This document shows, piece by piece, positions 1 through 12,737 of a stretch of 64,000 nucleotides of DNA (within the stretch, counting starts at the first letter, position 1; each line of letters begins with the position of its first letter). Source of the stretch: Mobula hypostoma (taxonomy: Eukaryota). Location: positions 157,296,001 to 157,360,000 of the forward strand of contig NC_086097.1 of NCBI RefSeq assembly GCF_963921235.1. The letters are read 5' to 3'. The notes under the pieces were generated by a model that did not search any database, was not told the origin of the DNA, and was given only the letters and a program-made list of their open reading frames with translations. A program made the translations under genes and the position numbers.

Positions 1-199
1 AGTTTTCTAGAAAAGTCGGACAGATTGTGATGGAGTTGTTGATATTGAAGTCAGCCTTCCAATTTGTACATTAATTTAATGTCCACAGCTGAGTAAGTCA
101 GACCATGAAATTATGAGCTTTTATTCAGATTTTATTTTGGGTTTGCAGTATCTGAATTATTTTTTTCATTCGTTTTAATTGAGTGTAACATTGTGACTG

Positions 200-530
200 A
201 TTACATCTTCCAGTCTCGTTAGCCTATTATAGGAAAGAGAAGTTAAATTGAAAGAGTGCAATAAAGATTGATGAGAATGTGAGAATGTTGACAAGGGAGA
301 CACTGACAGATAGAACTTCGTTCCTTAGAACTGAGGGTGTGTTATAGAGCTATATAAAACCACAAGGACGTACAGTGAATGCATGAGCATATTTGCAGAG
401 AAAGGGAATCAAAAGATAGCAGGGCGTAGGCTTAAGGTGAGAGGGGTAAAATTTAAGAAGAACACGAGAGGCATCCTTTTCACACAGTGTGTGATGCGTA
501 TATTGAACAAGCTGCCTGAGGAAGCGGTTA
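200..530 (+). mobile_element. Degraded CR1 LINE, 3' RT fragment
   Basis: ORF 383-619 begins with GRRLKVRGVKFKKNTRGILFTQCVMRILNKLPEEAV, matching the CR1 ORF2 C-terminus (FFTQRVV..WN.LP). Confidence 0.7.
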
Positions 531-1509
531 AATTTACTTACTTAGGCCCAACACCCCTACTGAACCATTGGCCACTGATAGAAGCTCACCAGAATCCTCT
601 ACCCTGGGCTATTCTTTAAAGTTGTCCCTAGGTTTAGCCCATCTTGAAGATCCAACTTCTGCGAGGGATACTTCATTGCACCTGTGTCTGAACAAATGAC
701 AATAAACTCTGACTTTGAACTGGATTTGCTACATGTCAAACAGCAATAGAAACTCGTAACAAGAATGAATAAATTCAGATAGCTAAAGCTAATCAGGAAC
801 AGATTCGTATGAAGAGATTCATATAATTAATTTCTTGGGGCTGAATTTAATTTAATATTTTATGTGACATGAAAATGAAAATTTGGGCCTCAATCAAAAT
901 TGCTGTTCTAGCTCGTCGTTAGAGCAAGATGCCACCTGATAAAGGAGTAGAGGTCAATATATGAAATGGCTCCTAGGAGACTTGCTAAATACTGATTGTT
1001 GCTTAAAGATCTGCATATCATTTTGATGCCTGGTGCAGCAGCTGATAACTCCTCTTAGCAAATAGCAGCTGTTCAAGAGAAAACATGCTATTGATACCAA
1101 TTTCAAGTACTAAGAATTGCACTCTTTCATATTCATTGCTTCTTCAGATGCAAAGGCCGTTTCAGAAATACATTGGCATGTTGATTGGCCATAATAAATT
1201 GTCACTGGTGTGCTGATGAGTGGTAAAATCTGAGCAGGGCTAGCAGGAAGAATAAAATGGGATTACTGTAGGATTGACTTTTATGAGTACATGTTGATCA
1301 GTGAAATTTTGGTGATCATTCGCCAAAGCTACACCAAAACTGAGCAGCATTTAGTACAGAAGTTCTTTGAAAACTTTACTGTTATGAATAATTGCTGTAC
1401 CAGTCTACCTGGCTGGACACCTTATAGCAATCACCATAAAAGAATAATTATATACTTGGCTTTGGGCACCCAGTTTCATTCTGATCATGAACAGAATTAG
1501 AATATTTGC

Positions 1510-1945
1510 CATGTAGAGTAAGACCAGATGCTCTTTGGCAAACTTAGTAGAGTTCTTTGAGGACCCAACGAGCACAATGGGCAAGGGAACAGGTGGATGT
1601 TGTATATATGGATGTCCAGAAGGCATTCAATATGGTGCCACATAAAAGAGTAGAAATAGGGGATGTAGTCTAAAGACTTAGGATGGAGATGAGGAGAAAC
1701 TGCTCATCCCAGACAGTAGTGAATCCGTGCAATTCTCTGCCCAGGGAAGCATTAGAGACTACCTTATTAAATATATGCAAGACATAGTAAGATAGATTTT
1801 TTCATAGTAAGAGAATTAAAGGTCATAGGGAAAAGGCAGGTAGGTGGAGCTGAGCCAAAGACCAGATCAGCCCTGATCTTATTAAATGACGGAGCAGGCT
1901 CAGCGGGCCAGATGACCAACTCTGCTCATATTTCTTATGTTCTTA
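1510..1945 (+). mobile_element. CR1 LINE remnant with large internal deletion
   Basis: Degenerate NLxEFFE...VDVVYMDxQKAF segment joined directly to the ORF2 end and a 3' tail ending tttcttatgttctta. Confidence 0.7.
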
Positions 1946-3144
1946 AGTTGGAGGAGAAAGGAATACATGAATAATTATGGCAAAGTCCCATTCTCCATCA
2001 ACATGAGTAGACAACATTACTTCTCCTCTGGACCTCCACTTCCTAGGTCCAGTCTGGGTTTTCATTCAGTCTTAAGTTTTCCTGCATTCTGCCACTCAGT
2101 ACCAGCCACACTATTCTGCTCCTTAAAAGCTATGCCTCATTTCCATCTGACTTCTAACCTTGCAAGATCTTCTCTTTCCTATCTTTGTGGAGTTTCGATT
2201 GATGTTAATAAACAACTCATACCAAAATTCTGTGCTTCATGTGGGCTTTCAGGCAGGCATTTCTTATTAACATAGAACATAGAATAGTACAGTGCTGCAC
2301 CCATTTTGTGTGTAATCCCCATGTATATCCCCTCTCTAAATTTAGTTGAATTACACTGATTTTAGTTGTCTAACTTATTTGTAGTCATTTTCTTTAAGAA
2401 GACATTGAAACATTTGGCTGGAAATACTGTATATTAAAGACATAAAATGAAATAATAACTAGACTCTTAAATCATGGGAAAATTTGCAAGTCTGCTAATT
2501 CAAGCTTTGGCTGGAACTATACAAAACCACTCTCTGCTTTCACATGTGCTTATTTTTAATGGGTCTAATCTTCCTGGGTTGATTGCACTCAGCAGATCAA
2601 AAATGCATAACAAGTAAATCTCCTACGGTGTTGCTTGCGAAGATTCAGAAGTGTTATGAAAAACATGGTTCATGTATTACCAAAAATATTCCCTGTTCTC
2701 CTCCTCACTAAATACCTTTTCTGCACTAGGGACTGTTATGCGGACTAGAGTGGGGGTCTGAATTAAAACTATGAAACAGACTAAATAGTGAACTGCTGGA
2801 ATATTCGTTTCTGTGTATGTTTTTCAGGGAGAATGAAACCTGCTTGAGACATCAGGTAGGAGGAGTGGGATCCTGAAAGCATGATGCACAGAACTATGTT
2901 TAAATATCTTTACAGAATTACAAATTAAAGCAATTCACACCTCACCGATCTTATGCATCATGCTTGTTACCTGCAATGCATATAGTCAGTGCCACCATTT
3001 CTATAAATACCACTTACTACAAGTCATTCCTTAGCAGATTTTCTGTGGATGCCTACAGTTCCTCACACTGTAGGCATTCAAACTCAGCTCTATAATCGAA
3101 CTAAGATGTCAGCAGAACATCAAGAGTAGATGCTTCCAAAGGCA

Positions 3145-3275
3145 AGATATTGCAGATGCTAGAAATATGAAGTGAAAAGAAAAGACAATGCAGGAGATAC
3201 TCAGCAGGTCACCAAATACCAGCTGAGAGAGAAAGAGAATTGACATTTCAGGTCAACAACCTTTTGTCTGTACAG
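3145..3275 (-). mobile_element. Old Penelope terminal-repeat remnant
   Basis: tgcagatgctagaaat...actcagcaggtca...gacatttcaggtc resembles the terminus at 10843-10980. Confidence 0.5.
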
Positions 3276-4129
3276 GGAAAAGTTTAAAAAAAAGTTTTAT
3301 GTTACAGTGAAAAAGGGAATGTTAGTGAGAGCATGACAGAAAATGTTTTGTGTTTCTATTGAATAAACCACAAACACTTTTTTTAAAATACTGAACTCTG
3401 GAAATCATTTTAAAAGTTCATGTATGCAATTCATACAATACTCACATCCAATGTTTTATAAATAATGAACCAAATTATTTTATGGAGTTCAAAAGCAGTA
3501 TGTTGTGGATACTAAAATTCTGATTTGAAAATAAATTATGCTTTAAATTTGCTACAATTTAGACAGTGTCTGCGGAGATGAGGATCGTGTTCATATAAAA
3601 CAGACTAATCTTTGTATCCGTTTAAACTCTTGCACTATTTGAATGAAAATCAATGTGTACCTGAGGAATAGTAGGTCATCTTTCAACCTGACACATTATC
3701 AAGGTTATAATGTGTCCAGCTGAACTCATTACAGCCTGAATTCAACAATATTGATTCCACTATTCCCATTTGTGCCCTTCAATAATTTGTTCAATCCTGA
3801 CCTTTTTATACCTTGCATCATCCACTTCATCATCTAATCGCTCCTCTCTTTGATATCCTTGGTATTGTGTCCAGTTAAAACCAGTTCGTATGGAAGTTCA
3901 TTGACCTAAAACATTGACTACTTTTCTTTCTGCGGTGACATGACATGACTTGTGGACTGTTTCTGTTTTATCTTAATTCCAAAGGACGCTCACCAGTCGA
4001 GAAAGATGATCAAAAAGTAACAAATAAATATTTGTTAAATCATCTGAAGAACAATAACTAGAATGAGATGAATGAGGGCAATAAAGAGGAGAAAATAAAA
4101 GCAATGCGGGAAACTGTGAGATGCAGAAC

Positions 4130-4580
4130 ACAACTATTGCTGGATATCTGAAATAAAAAGAATATTGAAAACACCGTAGAGTGAGAAAAACTGAATTAAT
4201 GTCACAGGTGGACAACCTTTCATAAAAACTGACTAATTGTATCATAAGCAGGAAAAGCTTATGATCCGGAGTTGTGACTTTATTCTTCCAAGGACTGCAA
4301 AGTTCTCAGGCAGAAGATGAGTTTCTGCTCTCTGAGCTTCTAGATTTCTTGGGAGCAATGTGGGACAGAGGGATCAGAGTAAGAATGGGATGACAAGTTA
4401 AAGTGACAGCAGCAGGAAGCTCACATTCAACTTTGCAGACTGATTGAAGGTGCTCTGCAAAGTGACTGCCCAATCTGCATTTGCTTTCTCCAGTTCACTG
4501 CAGACTGGATCGTGAGCCCAGAATGTAATACATTAAATAAAAGAAGCACACATGAACTGCTGTTTCATCAGAAAGACTGT
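4130..4580 (-). mobile_element. Old Penelope 3' remnant (GIY-YIG region plus terminus)
   Basis: Degenerate similarity to 11310-11605, e.g. ggtgctctgcaaagtgactgcccaatctgc vs ggtgttcagcaaaatgatctcccagtctgc. Confidence 0.5.
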
Positions 4581-5415
4581 TTTGGTAAGAATGAGCAGTT
4601 AATCTATTTATGGTGCTGTGTGAGGAAGCAATATTGTTCAGCATTTGATTTATTATATCATTCAAAGGATAGCACCTAGAAAATAGAGTATTCCCATAAA
4701 ATGTCAGCCCACAAAATGTGCTTGCGCATGAGTGACTCTCAATCCAGCCTTTTCAGGTCAGTCATAAGTGTTACTTACTAAGGTAAATAGCAATAAGGGG
4801 TATAGCCAATTAGATATATAAAAAGATCATTAGCGCAAGGATCTGGGTCAACCTGCATCAAATCTAATTTCTCCATCAACAACTTGCAGCCTTGTTTTCT
4901 ATTTAAGTCAGGCTATAAAAATCAGTTTCTCGGCAATGTAATGCTGAAATTGCATTAAAGCAAACCTTAGAACAAGACATATTTTGCAACATTCATTTGG
5001 TTTCACTTGAATTTTGATTTCAACCATAACAGTTCCAACCCAATTCCATGCCTCTTGCTCACACTAAAAAAAAGAAAAAAAAATTGCACTAAAAATGACT
5101 TTTTTTAATTAAATGCAATCGCGAAGAATAGTCAGTTCAGAAATGCTGATCAAGTCAACTAGTTACCAAAGAGAACTCTGACAGGCCAATCAGATAGTTC
5201 ATTGCTGCTCAGCGATAGAACACAAAAATAAATCATATGTACAATTAAAAAATGGTAGAAATACTGGAGTCATGATGATCATGATGAAGTCTGCTGGAGA
5301 GAGACATTTATACACATGCTGTCCTCCATAATTCAAAGAGCTTGAAGGATAAGGTTGCAGGGTGACAAAACGTGGCAGGAGCACAATTTCAATGGAAAAG
5401 ATTGAAAGATCTGCA

Positions 5416-5614
5416 AACAGGAGAAAATCCGCAGATACTGGAAATCCAAGCAAGACACACAAAGTGCTAGAGGAACTCAGCAGGCCAGTCGGCATCTATG
5501 GAAAAGAGTAAACAGTCAACATTCTTGGCCTGAAACATCGACTGTTTACTCTTTTCCATAGATATTGCCCGGCCTGCTAAGTTCCTCCAGCACTTCATTT
5601 ATGTTGCTTCAAAG
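5416..5614. mobile_element. Fold-back mini-element built from two opposed Penelope termini
   Basis: Arms atctatggaaaagagtaaacagtc / gactgtttactcttttccatagat are reverse complements; 10-bp TSD aagatctgca at 5406-5415 and 5615-5624. Confidence 0.85.
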
Positions 5615-5829
5615 AAGATCTGCACGAGGTGAAACATCAGGTGGCTTTGGAGGTTATCACAAGCAAGCAGTCCATGTCAGAATAGCCCTACCTAGTGCAA
5701 GGTAAATCTTTAAAATGTTTACTTGTCCCTGAGCTCACAATCTTCTTGCTCGGTGCCATTTTATGTTTTGGATGCTCTATCATACAGAAACAGAAATAGG
5801 AGCAGAAAGAGGCAATCATGGCTAACCAT

Positions 5830-6400
5830 CCTCTTCTGGACTCTGTTCTCATCTTCTCCCCGTAATTCCTTGATCCCCTTAACTTACTTGAATGCATTTA
5901 ATAACTTGGCCTCCCAGTGTCCCAAAATCTTTTCTCCTCTCTTCAGTTTGAAATGTCATTCCCTTCACCCTGAGGGTGATTTGCCTAATTTTGAACTCTC
6001 CAGCCACTGAAACTTCCCTCCTTTATCAAGTCTGTCTAATTCTGTTAGAATTGTGTAGGTTTCTATGACATCCTTTCTCCTTGTTCTATATTCTGGTGAA
6101 TATATGCTTAACCAACTAGAACTCTCTTCATACAACAATCATGCCATCCCAAGTCAGTCTACTACACATTTCTTTCACTCTCTCCATGACAAAAATATTC
6201 CTCCTTAAATAAGGAGAACAGAGCTCAGGAGGGAGGTCTCTTCAAGGCCCTCCAGATGAAGTAAGATGACCTTGGTCCTGTAGCCAAGTCCTCTTGCAAT
6301 TAAAGCCAAAGTGCAACTTACCTTCCATACTATCGCTGCACATTAACATTTGCTTTCAACAACTGTTGCACCCAACTAGCCAAATCTTTCTGCACCCTCT
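5830..6400 (-). mobile_element. Degraded CR1 LINE 3' part
   Basis: Colinear degenerate similarity to the younger CR1 at 20050-20435 (gccatccca, ttaaataaggaga, ttgcaattaaagccaa). Confidence 0.6.
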
Positions 6401-7659
6401 ATCTCCTTTTAGATAATAATTTTCTTTCACATCCACAATCACCTCCAGAATGATTTATGTCAATTACGAATCTGTACCACCCTCTCTCATTGGTTTGTCT
6501 TGGTAGCCAACCCGTTACAGACGTCCAATTTTTTCACTTCACAATGTCCCTTTATTTGCAGCTTAAAACATATGTGATCATACCTCTGCCTGGTTAGGAT
6601 GATAGGTCATCAACCGAGCAGTTACTTCTTTTCCATTCTGCATAGATGCTGCCCAATTGCATGAGTATTTCCACTATTTCTGTTTCGATTAGCTGTTTCT
6701 ATAGGCACCTCTAATGTTTTGTGTCATATATTTTATCGCTTTTGTCCTAATACGAAATCCATCTTCCAGCCACCCTTGGCACCTATCCAAAACTGAACTA
6801 GACTATTTGCAAATCTGGTGTAACATCTGAGACTAAATTAAACTTCAGATCTCATATTTGATCATTAGTAAGTTGGGCTGTATGCCCATAACATTAGCTG
6901 AGTCTGCCCCAACCCCACTATTAGTGTTGCTAAAATCATTATCCATATGTTCGTTGTTTCTAGAATTGACTCCTGGCTGGCCACCTGTTTTTTGATTTGC
7001 TGTAGCTTTATAATCCAGACTTCATGTGCACACATCCTAAGTGTCACAGGGTTACATCTGTGAATAAAGATTTACTTTGTAAAGACATCAAAGTAGCTCA
7101 TCAATTATAAAGTTTTAATCATTCATCCTTTCATGTTTCTCTGTTTTCTTGCCCCTACTCGATTCAGATTCAGATTTCCCATTTCAAAAGCAACTCTCTA
7201 TCCTCCCCCTCTGTCTTCATTACCAAGCCAGTTTTGGATCAGACTTACATTAGGGCTGGTATCAGAGCGTTAGCATCAGATTGTGTATTGAGATATTAAT
7301 CTTGGAAATTACTTAATGGACTGTGGAATCCTATTAAATGTTGTATTATCCTGCATTCCCAACAAAATAGATGACAATGACTACAGAAGCTTACTGAAAC
7401 AAATGAGAGACAGCACACGAATCCACACTTTTCCTCTATAAAAAGCAGCAAATTAATTCCATATGATTCAATTACCATTTTCTATTTCACTCTTCAGTAA
7501 AGATAAAGATTAGCTTTTGTTTGTCAGCTGCATATCGAAACATACAGCAAAATGCATTATTTGCATCAACGATCAACACAGTCTGAGGATTGTGCTCAGG
7601 GTAGCTCGCAAGCATCACTTTTGGCCCCAACATAGCCTGCCCAAAACTCACTGGCCCTA

Positions 7660-7828
7660 AGCTGCAAGTCTTTGGAATGTGAAAGGAAACCAGAGATCTC
7701 AGAGGAAGCCCATGCAGTAACAGGGTGAATATACAAACTTCTTCCAGGCAGCCGGGTGAATTGAACCTCAATTGGTTATCACTGGCACCATAAGGCAATG
7801 TCCTAACCACTATGCTATTATGCCGCCC
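7660..7828 (-). mobile_element. tRNA-derived SINE (V-SINE/HE1-like)
   Basis: Minus strand has A-box-like tagcatagtggt, B-box-like ggttcaattc and V-core-like ggcttcctctgagatctctggtttcctttcacattccaaagac. Confidence 0.65.
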
Positions 7829-9169
7829 TCAAAATTTAACTTTATCAAAAACTTTTGCAGAATACTTTCAATTTTATGGGATTATGCACACTCCACCATT
7901 ACTGAAGTAATGCCTTTAGAATTTTTAGCATGTATGCACTTGTAGCTTTATTCCAGGTTTTATTTCAGTAGAGTCGCAGCTCGTAACAAGTCTGTTGAGT
8001 ATCATTGTACCATACGGTCTGGTACCTCTTGTGAATTATTAACACTGTTTCACTTTTGCATTGTTGCTGCTTCCACCTTGAAGAGCCCCCTCTCCTATTT
8101 CTTAAATTATAATTGACTTGTTTCAGCAGAGTTCAGCAGCATCCGCTAACATAAATCAAACAGAATATTGTTATAACCAATAAATTTTGAGTTTTAATAA
8201 CTTTAATGCGATGAAACCACAAGTGAACCTTGCACAAAGGGCCAAAGTGGCCTCATATTTTCAGACTTAATGCTCATTAAGCTGAAGGATCCCAACATTC
8301 AAGAAAAGCTTGTATTTAAGCATCAGTCGGAGTATCAAATTTTTTTCTAGGACATACACAGCACAACTTTGCTTAACTATATGACTCAACTACTATCTAA
8401 AATTCTCCAATCCTAAATATTCACACCATATCTCTGAAATATCTCCATCTTCTACAAGTATTCTTGAGTCTTCAGTCCCTCAATACCCTCAGACCTTTTC
8501 CATGTGATTAGATGCATGGCACAGGTTGTATTGTTGCAGATTTCCAGTGCAGACCACATGTATTAACTGCTTCCTCATTGGAAAATACCAAGGTGAAAAA
8601 ATTACTTATCACTTTAGTAACCTGTGCAGCAGTCATCAACATAGACTCATCCAATCACACTTCCAAGTGGTCCTCATGACCCCTTTTTATATTTTTTTTC
8701 CTCTTAAAATAACCGAGAAACCTTTTCCTGTTCTTCATTACTTCTTCCGTTCCCATTACCCTGTATAATTGTGTTTATGCATTTTCAATTCAAAACTTTT
8801 TTTTGTTAGTTTTAGCCATTCACAAATGAAATACTGTAAATTATATCATGAAGTAACTCATTTCAGTTAAGTCAGAACCAGGATGAGCTTGGTAGGCGTG
8901 TGACAGTGTTCTGCAGTGAGCAGTGGCTATCTACAATGAGAAAATAGCACAAAAACCTCCCTCCAATATTTTTACCAGCAATTCCATTGTAAAGTTCTCC
9001 ACCAATGGCATTCTGGACATCAATTCTGACCACAACCTTAACAATAAGCCACATTTATGTAGCACCTTTACCAATATAAAATATGTCAAGATTCTTCATG
9101 GAACAATTAGTAATCAAGGATTTAGCACTGTGACAAAAAAATAGTGCTTCACAGATTATATTCTGTATG

Positions 9170-9430
9170 TGTTGGTGACACAGTGGTTAAGTAGCCAAAC
9201 TGGAAAGCCTGTCCTAACAATCTAGCAAAGGGAGTTTGAATCCCTTGTTTACAGAGCAGAACTGAAACTCAGAGAAATAATTTTATAATTTAAGAAACAG
9301 GACTAGTCCTAAAATGCTAACAAACTAGTGGATTATGCTATATATTTTTTTAAAAATCTGCTTGACTAACGTCCTTGCAAGATGTTTCCCTGCCATCCTG
9401 ACCCACTCTAGCATTGGACTCATAGCTCCA
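9170..9430 (+). mobile_element. Old Deu-domain-like SINE
   Basis: tRNA-like head (tggtgacacagtggtt...gagtttgaatccc) and core ctaacgtccttgcaag...cctgccatcctgaccc. Confidence 0.4.
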
Positions 9431-10159
9431 AACATAAACACAAATTAGGAGATAGTAAAACCTTCCTTGGCCCACGTGATATTTCAAAGTCTTTCTCAGA
9501 AATACTTGGAAAGTGCTGTCTTAATTGGAATAGTTTCTGCCAACTGCATCTGCAGACAATTGTATTTGAAACCTTGTTGCCATTAGTTTTCAACTATTTA
9601 ATTTGAGAGTCTGACCTAATTGGGTGACGAGTGCAGAAGGGCATGCTGAGAGCAGAACCAGGACCGTAGTTAAAAATGTGATGTTGTACTAGTGATACTG
9701 CAACATGGCCTCAGCCGGAAGCCTCAGTTCTTTATTCCTTTCCATAGATGATGCCTGACTTACTGAGTTCTTCCAGCATTTTGTGTGTTGCTCTAGAATT
9801 TGAGGAGCTGAACAAGCACTTGTATTTTTAACATGGGGAAAACAGCTGTGCTAAATGATGCATGCCAAAGCAAGAAAAAAGAGCACATAAAAGACAGATA
9901 TGTAATTTTTCAGTCAATGGATTAGATAATAATTTTCAGCCAGCAGTACTGAGAAGTGATGGTGGGAACCTCAGCTCCCTCCTGAGACTACCACGACTAC
10001 AGAATCCAGGTTTCAGCCAATTGAATTTGGTTGATGTGTTACCAACAAACAGCTGGGAGTACTGGAGACCATCTTAGCTGGTGTACTGAAATCATGACCT
10101 CTAGATCTAGTGGCTCCACCGGCCAATTTGTTCCTGTACGATGTGTCTCTGCCAAAGGA

Positions 10160-10478
10160 GGGGCAGTGAACTACTTCGCCCCGCTAGCCTGCAGGTCACC
10201 CTTGGGTAAGGTGTAGCACCTGCTTAGCCCCACAATCAGGTCCCATGAAACCATGGGAGCAGGTGGTGGATGGTCCTATGGGCAGCTGGTGCTTATCACT
10301 AGACCTGGTTATGCGACCACTGACGCCAGACAGACAATCTCTGAAGAGTATTGATAATGGTTGGAGTCACATGTCTTGTAAAGGCACTGCCCAAAAGAAG
10401 GCAATGGCAAACTACTTCAGAAGAAAAGTTTGTCAAGATGATTGCCCATGTCATAATGATGATGTTGATGACAACGAC
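10160..10478 (+). mobile_element. Short non-coding RTE-associated repeat
   Basis: Contains gaaggcaatggcaaactac (BovB/RTE-type terminal motif) and ends in a (GAT)n-like tail. Confidence 0.4.
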
Positions 10479-10942
10479 TGCTAGAGCATTGGGCAAAATA
10501 TCTGATAGTGGGGAAAAATGACCAAGTATGGCTTGCTCACTGAAAAAACAGTAAATACAAGCTGGTTGATCGACACAAAATTAATCTACTCCCAATAATC
10601 AGCGAATTGACAAAAAATGTTACGACAGTGCTATCAGGAGCCACTAATTCTCCAATAGTCTGGTTTCCAATTCAAATCAATGTCTATTGATTGTGGAATT
10701 CTAAAGGAAAAAAAACTAAGCTGACAAAGTTTAGTAGGTTAGGAAAGGAGAAACATAGTTAACATTTCACATCAAAGGCCCTTGTAATGTAATGTTAATT
10801 CTGTTTCTCTTTCCACAGATAATGTCTTATCTTGTAAGTTCATGCAAACACGAGGAATTCTGCAGATGCTGGAAATTCAAGCAACACACATCAAAGTTGC
10901 TGGTGAACGCAGCAGGCCAGGCAGCATCTCTAGAAAGAAGTA

Positions 10943-10980
10943 CAGTCGACATTTCAGGCCTGGACCCTTCATCAGGAATA
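10943..10980 (-). ncRNA. Minimal type I hammerhead ribozyme in the Penelope terminal repeat
   Basis: Minus strand reads TATTC-CTGATGA-AGGGTCCAGGCCT-GAAA-TGTC-GACTG: core boxes, stem II (AGG/CCT) and a GUC triplet. Confidence 0.7.
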
Positions 10981-12644
10981 ACTGAAGAAAGACCTAGTAA
11001 GAGATTTAAAAGTGGGAGGGGGAGGGGGAGGGGGAGATCCAAAATGATAGGAGAAGACAGGAGGGGGAGAGATGAAGCCAAGAACTGGACAGATGATTGG
11101 CAAAAGGGATATGAGAGGATCATGGGACAGGAGGCCCAGGGAGAAGGAAAAAGGTTGGGGGGAACCCAGAGGATGGGCAAGGGGTATAGTCAGAGGGACA
11201 GAGGGAGGAAAAGGAGAGTGAGAGAAAGAATGTGTGTATATAAATAACGGATGGGGTACGAGGGGGAGGTAGGGCATTAGCGAAAGTTAGAGAAGTCAAT
11301 GTTCATGCCATCAGGTTGGAGGCTACCCAGACTGAATATAAGGTGTTGTTCCTCCAACCTGAATGTGGCTTCATCTTTACAGTAGAGGAGGCCGTGGATA
11401 GACGGGAATGGGATGTGGAATTAAAATGTGTGGTCACTGGGAGATCCTGCTTTTTCCAGCGGACAGAGCGTAGGTGTTCAGCAAAATGATCTCCCAGTCT
11501 GCCTTGGGTCTCGCCAATATATAGAAGGCCACATCGGGAGCACCGGACGTAGTATAGCACCCCAGCCGACTCACAGGTGAAGTGTTGCCTCACCTGGAAG
11601 GACTGTCTGGGGCCCTGAATGGTGGTAAGGGAGGAAGTGTAAGGGCATGTGTAGCACTTGTTCTGCTTACAAGGATAAGTACCAGGAGGGAGATCCGTGG
11701 GGAGGGATGGGGGGAGGACGAATGGACAAGGGAGTCACGAAGGGAACGATCCTTGCGGAAAGCGGGGGGGGGGAGGGAAAGATGTGCTTAGTGGTGGGAT
11801 CCCGTTGGAGGTGGCAGAAGTTACGGAGAATAATATGTTGGACCCAGAGGCTGGTGGGGTGGTAGGTGAGGACCAGGGGAACCCTATTCCTAGTGGGGTG
11901 GCGGGAGGATGGAGTGAGAGCAGATGTGCGTGAAATGGGGGAGGTGCGTTTGAGAGCAGATTTGATGGTGGAGGAAGGGAAGCCCCTTTCTTTAAAAAAG
12001 GAGGACATCTCCCTCGTCCTGGAATGAAAAGCCTCATCCTGAGAGCAGATGCAGTGGAGACGGAGGAATTGCGAGAAGGGGATGGCATTTTTGCAAGAGA
12101 CAGGGTGAGAAGAGGAATAGTCCAGATAGCTGTGCAAGTCAGTAGGTTTATAGTAGACATCAGTAGATAAGCTGTCTCCAGAGATAGAGACAGAAAGATC
12201 TAGAAAGGGGAGGGAGGTGTCGGAAATGGATCAGGTAAACTTGAGGGCAGGGTGAAAGTTGGAGGCAAAGTTAATAAAGTCAACGAGCTCAGCATGCATG
12301 CAGGAAGCAGCGACAATGCAGTCGTCAATGTAGCGAAGGAAAAGTGGGGGACAGATACCAGAATAGGTACGGAACATAGATTGTTCCACAAAGCCAAAAA
12401 AAGGTAGGCGTAGCTCAGACCCATGCAGGTGCCCATAGCTACACCTTTAGTTTGGAAGTGGGAGGAGCCAAAGGAGAAATTATTAAGAGTAAGGACTAAT
12501 TCCGCTAGACGGAGCAGAGTGGTGGTAGAGGGGAACTGATTAGGTCTGGAATCCAAAAAGAAGCGGAGAGCTTTGAGACCTTCCTGATGGGGGACGGAAG
12601 TATATAGGGACTGGACATCCATGGTGAAAATAAAGCGGTAGGGG

Positions 12645-12737
12645 CCAGGAAACTTAAAATCATCGAAAAGTTTAGTCAGGGAACTTAAGATGATCAAAAA
12701 GTTTAGCCAGGGAACTTAAAATCATCGAAAAGTTTAG
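12645..12737. repeat. 3 x 31-bp tandem repeat at the Penelope 5' junction
   Basis: Units 12645-12675, 12676-12706 and 12707-12737, consensus ccagggaacttaaaatcatcgaaaagtttag. Confidence 0.95.

Noticed and set aside
2828..2855. 28-nt candidate plus-strand micro-exon (ttttcag...gtagga)
   Set aside because: Splice-like words only; expected by chance in 64 kb.
7770..7828. tRNA-like A/B boxes
   Set aside because: A SINE head, not a tRNA gene; no cloverleaf, and followed by the SINE core.
10340..10420. Possible HDV-like ribozyme in the RTE-associated repeat
   Set aside because: RTE elements can carry these, but I could not fold a convincing nested double pseudoknot by eye.
10792..11277. Overlapping R/G-rich and P/L-rich ORFs (also 45645-46216)
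   Set aside because: Artefacts of the purine/pyrimidine-skewed Penelope 3' region, which is poor in stop codons.
12645..12737. 31-bp repeats resembling a CRISPR array
   Set aside because: The units are directly adjacent with no spacers, derive from Penelope RT sequence, and sit in a eukaryotic context with no cas genes.
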